Part shown: positions 28,178 to 36,161 of the stretch, piece after piece
How the letters are laid out: each line of letters starts with the position of its first letter
Position numbering within the stretch: the first letter of the stretch is position 1
NCBI GenBank assembly: GCA_031366785.1
Contig: JANLOW010000343.1
Span: forward strand, 1-42,598
DNA: 42,598 nucleotides
Source of the DNA: Bacteroidota bacterium
Lineage (GTDB): Bacteria; Bacteroidota; Bacteroidia; AKYH767-A; 2013-40CM-41-45
Direction of reading: 5' to 3'
Program-made: the position numbers and the translations under genes
Notes under the pieces: model-generated
What the model saw: only the letters and a program-made list of their open reading frames with translations
Databases searched by the model: none
Told to the model about the DNA's origin: nothing

Positions 28178-30580
28178 ATGAAAAGAATTATCAAAAATGT
28201 TGCAGTACTTGGAAGCGGAATTATGGGAAGTAGAATTGCGTGTCATTTCGCAAACATCGGACTAAATGTGCTTTTACTGGATATTTCACCCAAAGAACTA
28301 AATGAAGAAGAAATTAAAAAAAATCTTACGTTAGAATCGCCGGTTGTTAAAAACAGAATTGTAAATACTGCCTTACTACAATCTATAAAATCGAATCCAT
28401 CGCCACTTTATAAAAAAACTTTTGCATCTCGTATTCGTACAGGAAACTTTGACGATGATTTAAAAAATATATCCGAATGCGACTGGGTTATTGAAGCCGT
28501 AATTGAAAATCTTGATATTAAGAAAAGCCTTTTTGAGAAAGTTGAAATATTTCGGAAGAATGGAACATTGATATCGTCTAATACATCAGGTATTCCAATA
28601 AAATTAATGGCTGAAGGCCGTAGTGCAGATTTCGTTAAACACTTTTGCGGGACCCATTTTTTTAATCCGCCACGGTACCTGCGTCTTCTTGAAATTATTC
28701 CCGGCCCTTATACTTCGAAGGAAGTAATAAATTTTTTATTGGAATACGGCGATTTATTTCTGGGTAAAACTACCGTAGAGTGTAAAGACACGCCAGCTTT
28801 CATCGCAAACCGTGTAGGTGTTTTCTCAATCATGTCTTTGCTTCACCTCGTCGAGAAAAAAGGTTATACCATAGACGAAGTAGATAAATTAACCGGAGCT
28901 GTTCTTGGAAGACCGAAGTCTGCTACTTTCCGGACTTCCGATATTGTGGGTTTAGACACACTTGTAAAAGTGGCAAAAGATGTTTACGACCGTTGTCCGG
29001 ATGATGAATCACGAAATACTTTTTTATTACCCGCCTTTATTCAAAAAATGATCGAGAAAAAATGGCTGGGTGATAAAACAAATCAGGGTTTTTATAAAAA
29101 AGAAAAAAAGGAAGGTGGAAAAAGTGAAATACTTACCCTGGATCTTCAAACACTTGAATATAATTCTAAATCAAAGCCGCGTTTTCCCTCTATCGATCAA
29201 GTAAAAAATATCGAAAATGTAAAAGATCGTTTTAAAATATTATTCAATACGAAGGATAAGTCAGGAGAATTTTATCAATTATCGTTTTGTTCATTATTTA
29301 GTTATGTATCTTTCAGGATCCCGGAAATAACAGAAGATCTATATAAAATTGATGAAGCTATTTGCGCCGGTTTTGGTTGGGAGACAGGCCCATTTGAAAT
29401 TTGGGATAATTTAGGAGTGGTTGATTCCGTTAAAATAATGGAAGGATTGAATTTGAAACCCGCTCAATGGGTATATGATTTCTTATTAAAAGGCAATACT
29501 TCATTTTATACAATAAAGAATGGTAAAAAATATTTTTATTCGGTTTCCACAGGAGAATATATTTTAAAACAAGGAGCTGATAATTTTATTATTTTAGATG
29601 CGTATAGAGAAAAATTAGTATGGAAGAATGCAGGGTGTAGTTTGATTGATATCGGCGATGGTGTTCTCAATCTTGAATTTCATTCGAAGATGAATACTAT
29701 CGGTGGTGAAATTATTGAAGGAATGAATACAGCAATTAATATTGCAGAAAAAGATTTCCGCGGACTTGTTATCGCTAATGAAGGACAAAATTTTTCTGCC
29801 GGAGCCAACCTTGCTATGATATTTATGTTTGCCACTGAACAGGAATTTGATGAAATAGATATGGCCATTCGCGCCTTTCAGAATATGAACATGCGAGTCC
29901 GTTACAGTAGTATCCCTGTTGTAATTGCTCCTCATGCGCTGGCCCTCGGTGGCGGATGCGAAATGTCATTACATGCAGATAAAGTTATTGCCTCTTCGGA
30001 AACATATATTGGCATGGTTGAATTCGGTGTTGGTTTAATCCCCGGTGGCGGCGGCAGTAAAGAATTCGCTTTGCGCGCAAGTGATGCCTATACAGAAGGA
30101 ACGATAGACGAACATATTTTGAAGGAGTATTTTTTAAATATTGCTATGGCAAAAGTTTCAACTTCTGCATCAGAGGCTTTCGATTTAAAAATATTCAGAA
30201 GAGGTCACGACGAAATTGTAATGAATTCACAAAGAAGAATCAGTGAAGCAAAAAGAGCAGTTTTGGAAATGGCAGACGAAGGTTATACCCGGCCAACGGA
30301 GAGAAAAGATATTAAAGTATTAGGACGCAGCGGCATGGGAATATTTTATGCAGGTGCGAATGCAATGTATTCAGGACATTTCATTTCTGAGCACGACCAA
30401 AAAATATCACAAAAACTTGCTTACGTTTTATGTGGCGGTGATTTATCATCGTATACTTATGTCTCCGAAAAATATTTACTCGACCTTGAACGGGAAGCCT
30501 TTCTTTCCTTATGCGGAGAACGTAAAACCCTTGAACGAATTCAGAGTATACTGACATCAGGTAAAGCATTACGAAATTAG
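28178..30580 (+). CDS. fadN: 3-hydroxyacyl-CoA dehydrogenase / enoyl-CoA hydratase (FadN type)
   Basis: GSGIMG Rossmann fold, SNTSG, HFFNPPRY; C-terminal crotonase domain FSAGANL, LGGGCE, E.GVGLIP.GGG. Confidence 0.93.
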   Translation: MKRIIKNVAVLGSGIMGSRIACHFANIGLNVLLLDISPKELNEEEIKKNLTLESPVVKNRIVNTALLQSIKSNPSPLYKKTFASRIRTGNFDDDLKNISECDWVIEAVIENLDIKKSLFEKVEIFRKNGTLISSNTSGIPIKLMAEGRSADFVKHFCGTHFFNPPRYLRLLEIIPGPYTSKEVINFLLEYGDLFLGKTTVECKDTPAFIANRVGVFSIMSLLHLVEKKGYTIDEVDKLTGAVLGRPKSATFRTSDIVGLDTLVKVAKDVYDRCPDDESRNTFLLPAFIQKMIEKKWLGDKTNQGFYKKEKKEGGKSEILTLDLQTLEYNSKSKPRFPSIDQVKNIENVKDRFKILFNTKDKSGEFYQLSFCSLFSYVSFRIPEITEDLYKIDEAICAGFGWETGPFEIWDNLGVVDSVKIMEGLNLKPAQWVYDFLLKGNTSFYTIKNGKKYFYSVSTGEYILKQGADNFIILDAYREKLVWKNAGCSLIDIGDGVLNLEFHSKMNTIGGEIIEGMNTAINIAEKDFRGLVIANEGQNFSAGANLAMIFMFATEQEFDEIDMAIRAFQNMNMRVRYSSIPVVIAPHALALGGGCEMSLHADKVIASSETYIGMVEFGVGLIPGGGGSKEFALRASDAYTEGTIDEHILKEYFLNIAMAKVSTSASEAFDLKIFRRGHDEIVMNSQRRISEAKRAVLEMADEGYTRPTERKDIKVLGRSGMGIFYAGANAMYSGHFISEHDQKISQKLAYVLCGGDLSSYTYVSEKYLLDLEREAFLSLCGERKTLERIQSILTSGKALRN

Positions 30581-30593
30581 AAAACTCAATGGT

Positions 30594-31235
30594 ATGAAAC
30601 AGAACAATTTTTCCGGGAAAACAGTGCTACTATTTACTATTGTTATTGCCGGATTTCTTTTGAATACAGAAAACTGTATTGCGCAGGCTACAGAAGAAAA
30701 ACCAAAATACGCTCCGGGCAAGGAAAAAAACCGTAATAAAACGGATGAAATCGGTAGAAAACAAGGTAAGTGGGTTTTCTACAACACTTTCGGCGAAAAA
30801 ATTTCGGAAATAGATTTTGTCAATGACAAAAAAGAAGGAATCGAAAGAAGATTTTATGGATACGATAGAGTTAAAGAAGAAACGGAATACCTGGCCGGCG
30901 TAAAAGAAGGTCAATACACAAGATATTATTTTTCCTCTCAGGTTCAAATGGAAGGCACTTATAAAGATGGAAAGAAAAATGGTAAATGGACTAAATATTT
31001 TGAAGATGGATCTAACCGACAAGAAGGATCATACGTAAATGGTAAAAAAGACGGGCCATGGAAAACGTATAATAGAAAAGGTGATGTTGTAGGACAATCG
31101 ACTTATAAGGATGGAATTGATGTTGATGTCCTCGATGCAAAAAAGAAGAAAGAAGAAGAAGCTAAAAAAGCTGCCGAGAAAAAAGGGGGAGATAAAAAAG
31201 GTCCGGCTCCTAAACCAAACGAACCTAAAAAATAA
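30594..31235 (+). CDS. Exported MORN-variant repeat protein (YwqK-like)
   Basis: Signal peptide; five 24-aa repeats G.K.G.W..Y...G.....G.Y.(N/D); Lys/Glu/Pro-rich tail. Confidence 0.85.
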   Translation: MKQNNFSGKTVLLFTIVIAGFLLNTENCIAQATEEKPKYAPGKEKNRNKTDEIGRKQGKWVFYNTFGEKISEIDFVNDKKEGIERRFYGYDRVKEETEYLAGVKEGQYTRYYFSSQVQMEGTYKDGKKNGKWTKYFEDGSNRQEGSYVNGKKDGPWKTYNRKGDVVGQSTYKDGIDVDVLDAKKKKEEEAKKAAEKKGGDKKGPAPKPNEPKK

Positions 31236-31270
31236 TTTTAAATAAAAATTAATCGTTATAACGGCTAATA

Positions 31271-32449
31271 ATGGAAGCATATATAATCGCAGGTTTTCGC
31301 TCTGCTGTAGGGAAAGCACCCAAAGGAAAATTTAAAACCAAACGCCCGGATGACCTGGCTGCCGAAGTTATCAGACATCTGGTTGCTTCGTTGCCTCAAT
31401 TAGATAAAGAACAAATCGACGACGTAATTGTAGGAAATGCAACCCCCGAAGCCGAACAAGGACTCAATGTTGGAAGAATGATTTCTCTTATGGGACTCGA
31501 TACTGTTAAAGTACCCGGAATGACTGTAAACCGTTATTGTGCTTCCGGACTCGAAACAATTGCCATCGCTACTGCAAAGATCAAAGCTGGAATGGCAGAT
31601 TGCATTATAGCAGGTGGAGTAGAATGTATGTCGCCAATACCTTTCGGAGGATGGAAGATTGTACCTAATCTGAATTTACTGCAAGCACATCCTGATTATT
31701 ACTGGGGAATGGGACTTACAGCCGAAGCAGTTGCCAATGATTATAAGATATCAAGGGAAGATCAGGATAAATTCGGTTATGAATCTAATCAAAAAGCAAG
31801 TAAAGCAATACGGGATGGTAAATTTAAAAATGAAATTGTTCCTGTTAAAGTAACAGAAATTTTTCTCGACGAAAATGAGAAAAAAAAATCAGTCGATACA
31901 ATTGTTGATACTGATGAAGGTCCTCGTTCAGATACGACATTAGAAAAGATGGCTCAATTGAAACCTGTTTTTGATGCCCGGGGTACTGTCACTGCCGGTA
32001 ATTCTTCTCAGACAAGCGACGGTGCTGCTTTTGTTATTGTTGTTAGCGAAAGAATGTTGAAGCAATTAAATGTTAAACCCATTGCCCGACTTGTAGATTT
32101 TGCAGTTGCGGGAGTTGAACCACGAATTATGGGCATCGGACCTATTGAAGCAATTCCTAAAGTATTAAAACATGCAGGAATGAAGCTCAACGATATTCAA
32201 CTGATCGAACTCAATGAAGCTTTTGCATCACAATCTCTCGCTATCATTCGTACACTTCAATTAAATCAGGAAATCGTCAACGTAAATGGCGGCGCTATTG
32301 CACTAGGACATCCCCTCGGTTGCAGCGGGGCAAAACTTACTGTTCAACTTTTTAATGAATTAATCCGCCGCAAACAAAAATATGGAATGGTAACGATGTG
32401 CGTGGGCACAGGACAAGGAGCGGCTGGAATTTTTGAAATGCTGAATTGA
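31271..32449 (+). CDS. fadA: Acetyl-CoA C-acyltransferase (thiolase)
   Basis: NRYCASGL, NEAFA, GGAIALGHPLG and MCVGTGQG. Confidence 0.95.
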   Translation: MEAYIIAGFRSAVGKAPKGKFKTKRPDDLAAEVIRHLVASLPQLDKEQIDDVIVGNATPEAEQGLNVGRMISLMGLDTVKVPGMTVNRYCASGLETIAIATAKIKAGMADCIIAGGVECMSPIPFGGWKIVPNLNLLQAHPDYYWGMGLTAEAVANDYKISREDQDKFGYESNQKASKAIRDGKFKNEIVPVKVTEIFLDENEKKKSVDTIVDTDEGPRSDTTLEKMAQLKPVFDARGTVTAGNSSQTSDGAAFVIVVSERMLKQLNVKPIARLVDFAVAGVEPRIMGIGPIEAIPKVLKHAGMKLNDIQLIELNEAFASQSLAIIRTLQLNQEIVNVNGGAIALGHPLGCSGAKLTVQLFNELIRRKQKYGMVTMCVGTGQGAAGIFEMLN

Positions 32450-32501
32450 ATTCGTTAATCTGAAGTTGAACATCTGACATGCGTCAATAATTAATACTAC
32501 A

Positions 32502-33956
32502 GTGAAAAAATTTTTACTTTTTCTCCTTAGCATATTTTTATTATTAATTTTAATTATTTCAATAAATGCAATTCGGTTTACTTCAAAACAATTAAATGTA
32601 GTTTCTGAAAGAAATAATTATAAAATCGATTCTCTTGCAATAAATCATCTTTCATCTTCAATTCGTATTCGTAGTATTTCTTACGATGATGATAGCCTTA
32701 CCAATTATTCATCATTTGATTCCCTTAATACTTTTCTGCGTAGCAATTATCCATTGGTATTTAGTAAGTTAAATTTGCAGATTATAAATAAACACAGTCT
32801 GTTATTTCGTTGGAAAGGATCAGATGCAAATAAAAAACCGGTTATACTTTATGCACACCTCGATGTTGTCCCCGCTGATGACGTTGATTCATCCCAATGG
32901 CAGCATCCGCCTTTCAAGGGTTTAATGGATTCTGAATTTATTTATGGAAGAGGAACCGTTGACGACAAAGGAAGTGTGATTGCTATTCTCGAATCTATAG
33001 AAAAACTAATCAGTGAAAATTTTATTCCTTCAAGGGATATATATATTGCCTTAGGTCATGATGAAGAAGCAGGAGGGGAGCAAGGAGCACAAAAGATAGC
33101 TCAGGAATTAGAGAAACAAGGAGTAAAAGCAGAATTTCTTCTCGATGAAGGCGGACTCGTCGCTATCGATATGGTTCCATTTGTAAAAAGTCCGGTTGCT
33201 TTAGTATTTACATCTGAAAAAGGATACCTCACTTTAGAATTGTCAGTAAAAAGTAATGGTGGACATTCTAGTTTTCCACCCATAGATCCACCCATTGAAA
33301 TTTTAACTGCTGCCATTCAAAAAATACATAATCATCCCTTTGATAAAAAAATGACGGAATCTGTTTCTGATTTTATGGATTATATCGGTCCGGAAATGAA
33401 GCTGCCTTTCAAAGCGCTGTTTGCTAATCGATGGCTTTTTAGTTCAGTTATTTTTAATGAATATGGAAAAATTCCTTCCGCTAATGCAATGATTGGTACA
33501 ACATCGGTAACAACCATTATCAATGGCGGTACAAAAGAAAACGTAATTCCTTCGGAGGCAAAAGCTAAAATAAATTTCAGACTTTTACCCGGGGATAGTT
33601 CGGATTTTGTACTTCAGAAGGTAAAAGAATTGATTAATGATGAAAGAATCTTTATTTCAATAATAGGTATAGCGGAGGAGGCATCCAAAGTTTCATCTGT
33701 AAAATCAGAGGGATTTAAATTGTTGAATGTAGTGATTAGTAAAATTTATCCTGATGCAATAATTGCTCCGAGCCTTTTAATTGCTCAGACCGATTCGCGC
33801 CATTTTAGAAATGTAACTGAAAATATTTTCCGTTTTATTCCGGTTAGAATGGATGATAAAATTCTTGACAGCATACATGGCAACAATGAAAAAATCGGCA
33901 TACATGATTTTATGGAGAGTATTGCTTTTTATAGGTTGTTGATAGAGAAGATTTAA
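32502..33956 (+). CDS. M20 metallo-hydrolase, carboxypeptidase S / PM20D1-like, N-terminally anchored or exported
   Basis: GTG start; hydrophobic N-terminus; AHLDVVP, GRGTVDDKG, HDEE.GG, DEGG, EKG, GGHSS.PP, GGTKENVIP, TDSRHF and HG.NE. Confidence 0.88.
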   Translation: MKKFLLFLLSIFLLLILIISINAIRFTSKQLNVVSERNNYKIDSLAINHLSSSIRIRSISYDDDSLTNYSSFDSLNTFLRSNYPLVFSKLNLQIINKHSLLFRWKGSDANKKPVILYAHLDVVPADDVDSSQWQHPPFKGLMDSEFIYGRGTVDDKGSVIAILESIEKLISENFIPSRDIYIALGHDEEAGGEQGAQKIAQELEKQGVKAEFLLDEGGLVAIDMVPFVKSPVALVFTSEKGYLTLELSVKSNGGHSSFPPIDPPIEILTAAIQKIHNHPFDKKMTESVSDFMDYIGPEMKLPFKALFANRWLFSSVIFNEYGKIPSANAMIGTTSVTTIINGGTKENVIPSEAKAKINFRLLPGDSSDFVLQKVKELINDERIFISIIGIAEEASKVSSVKSEGFKLLNVVISKIYPDAIIAPSLLIAQTDSRHFRNVTENIFRFIPVRMDDKILDSIHGNNEKIGIHDFMESIAFYRLLIEKI

Positions 33957-33966
33957 TTTTAATTTT

Positions 33967-33984
33967 GAATCAAGAGCCAAGAAT
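33967..33984. repeat. Heptamer tandem repeat GA(A/G)(T/C)CAA
   Basis: GAATCAA GAGCCAA GAAT just after the M20 stop codon; the same unit recurs at 35948. Confidence 0.5.
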
Positions 33985-34154
33985 TTATTGATGGTGTCTG
34001 CTTTTAAAAATCAGGAATTGAATTTTTAAAGGGCATTGACAAATTTTCTTTTTGTCGACTTATAAATAAGGCCAAATCGTAATCATATCCAAAAATCTTA
34101 TAACTTTAGTCATCCGATTGCGTATCTGTAATAAGTTATAAATCAAAATATTTT

Positions 34155-35948
34155 ATGGAAACTGTAACCCGCTCAAATACCACCAAAGGAGGCGAATTTT
34201 TAATTAAAGAGACCCATCCTGAAGATATTTTTATTCCGGAAGAATGGACTGAAGAACAAATGATGATTGCACATTCTTGCCGCGATTTTCTGGAACAGGA
34301 AGTTTATCCGAATCTCGATCGCATCGATTCTCAGGAAGATGGACTTATGGTATCCATTCTTAATAAAGCCGGAGCACTAGGCTTACTTGGCATTTCTATT
34401 CCTGAACAATTCGGTGGCTTTGGTAAAGATTTTACAACCGGTATGCTTGCTACAGAATGGCTCGGTGCCGGACATTCATTTTCTGTTGCCTATGCGGCTC
34501 ATACCGGAATAGGAACACTGCCTATTTTGTACTATGGAAATAGCGCCCAAAAAGAAAAATACATTCCTAAACTTTCAACCGGCGAATGGAAAGCATCTTA
34601 TTGTCTTACCGAACCAGGCTCAGGCTCTGATGCTAATTCCGGAAAAACGAAAGCTGTTCTTTCACAGGATGGTAAATCGTATATCATCAACGGACAAAAA
34701 ATGTGGATTACCAATGCCGGTTTTGCAGATATTTTTATTGTCTTTGCTAAAATTGATAATGATGAAAACCTTAGCGCTTTTATCGTAGAAAAAAATTACC
34801 CCGGACTAACTCTTAATCCCGAAGAACATAAAATGGGTATTAAAGGAAGTTCAACGCGACAGGTTTTTTTCAATGACTGCATAGTTCCAGTCGAAAACCT
34901 TCTTAGCGAAAGAGGTAATGGTTTTAAGATAGCTGTTAATATTCTTAACCTTGGTCGTGTAAAACTTGCAGGAGCTGCAATAGGTGCTACTAAAAGAGTT
35001 AGTACACTATCCATTCAATATTCAAACGAGAGACAACAATTTGGACGGCCAATTGCAAAATATGGTGCCATTCGTTATAAAATAGCAGAACAAGCTATAC
35101 GGATTTTCGCTTGCGAATCTGCCATTTACCGTTGCAGTCAGAATATTGAAGATGCTATTAAAGAACTAATAGCAGGCGGAATGGAAGAGGGGAAAGCCAA
35201 ATTAAAAGGTGTAGAACAATTTGCTGTTGAAGCAGCAATATTAAAAGTATATGGCAGTGAAGTGCTCGATTATGTCGTTGATGAAGGAGTTCAGATTTAT
35301 GGTGGTATGGGTTATAGCTCAGATGCACCAATGGATCGTTCATACCGTGATGCCCGTATCAATAGAATTTTTGAAGGTACCAATGAGATTAACAGAATAC
35401 TCGCCGTTGATATGATGCTTAAGAGGGCGATGAAAGGCGAATTAAATCTTATTGGCCCCGCTACTGCTGTAGCCGGTGAATTAATGCAAGTACCTGACAT
35501 TTCCAGCGAATCCAATGCATTACTTGATGCTGAAAAAATATATATCGCCAACTTTAAAAAAGCTACGTTACTCGTTGCCGGAGCAGCTGTTCAGAAACTA
35601 ATGATGCAATTAGCAAAGGAACAGGAAGTTCTAATGAATATTGCAGATATGATGATTGAACTTTATATCGCTGAATCATTGTACTTAAGGGTTTCTAAAA
35701 TGGTTGGCATGCGTGGTGAAGTAGCTTGCGGTGTACAATTAGATATACTCAGAACTTTTTTAAGCGACTCCTCTGATCGTCTACATAAATCAGGCAAAGA
35801 CGCTATCAATTCCTTTGCAGAAGGTGATGAACAAAGAATGCTTCTCATGGGACTAAAACGATTTACAAAAGTAAGTCCACTGAATGTTAAAGATTCACGT
35901 AGAAGAATTGCATCAAAATTGCTGGAGGAGAATAGGTATTGTTTTTAG
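34155..35948 (+). CDS. fadE: Acyl-CoA dehydrogenase (long form, B. subtilis FadE-like)
   Basis: YCLTEPGSGSDA, NGQKMWITN, KMGIKGSST, R.QFG, QIYGGMGY and RIFEGTNEINR. Confidence 0.93.
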   Translation: METVTRSNTTKGGEFLIKETHPEDIFIPEEWTEEQMMIAHSCRDFLEQEVYPNLDRIDSQEDGLMVSILNKAGALGLLGISIPEQFGGFGKDFTTGMLATEWLGAGHSFSVAYAAHTGIGTLPILYYGNSAQKEKYIPKLSTGEWKASYCLTEPGSGSDANSGKTKAVLSQDGKSYIINGQKMWITNAGFADIFIVFAKIDNDENLSAFIVEKNYPGLTLNPEEHKMGIKGSSTRQVFFNDCIVPVENLLSERGNGFKIAVNILNLGRVKLAGAAIGATKRVSTLSIQYSNERQQFGRPIAKYGAIRYKIAEQAIRIFACESAIYRCSQNIEDAIKELIAGGMEEGKAKLKGVEQFAVEAAILKVYGSEVLDYVVDEGVQIYGGMGYSSDAPMDRSYRDARINRIFEGTNEINRILAVDMMLKRAMKGELNLIGPATAVAGELMQVPDISSESNALLDAEKIYIANFKKATLLVAGAAVQKLMMQLAKEQEVLMNIADMMIELYIAESLYLRVSKMVGMRGEVACGVQLDILRTFLSDSSDRLHKSGKDAINSFAEGDEQRMLLMGLKRFTKVSPLNVKDSRRRIASKLLEENRYCF

Positions 35949-36095
35949 AATCAAGAGTCAAGAATCAAGTTTAGAAAATTGGGGTGAATCATGGTATTTA
36001 TTAGATATTGATTTTGTGTTGGTTTTTCGTTTATCAGTTAAGGGATTGCTTAATTAGTTAAAAATTTAAATCTTTATGCTTGTTGCTCTTTGATT
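35948..36095. repeat. Heptamer array with a degenerate inverted partner
   Basis: GAATCAA GAGTCAA GAATCAA G at 35948-35969. CTTGTTGCTCTTTGATT at 36079-36095 is a degenerate reverse complement. Confidence 0.5.
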
Positions 36096-36141
36096 AATAC
36101 TTTATTTTTACATTGTTAATATAGTCTACTTTTAAAGGGCT

Positions 36142-36149
36142 TACCTTTG
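36142..36149 (+). promoter_or_regulatory. Putative -7 promoter element
   Basis: TACCTTTG, 12 nt before ATG 36162. The ORF-track TTG start at 36147 lies inside this motif. Confidence 0.55.
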
Positions 36150-36161
36150 GGCTTACAAACA

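Noticed and set aside
30594-31235. YwqK toxin-antitoxin system
   Set aside because: No toxin gene is adjacent, the protein has a signal peptide, and the similarity is only to generic MORN-variant repeats.
36147-36161. ORF-track TTG start of the 870-aa protein (similarly the extended starts at 22084 and 17367, and the TTG start at 42490)
   Set aside because: TTG 36147 lies within a TAnnTTTG promoter motif, and ATG 36162 gives a normal signal peptide. Downstream ATGs fit better for the UbiD-family gene and rlmB. The amidohydrolase frame continues past 42490 to the window edge.
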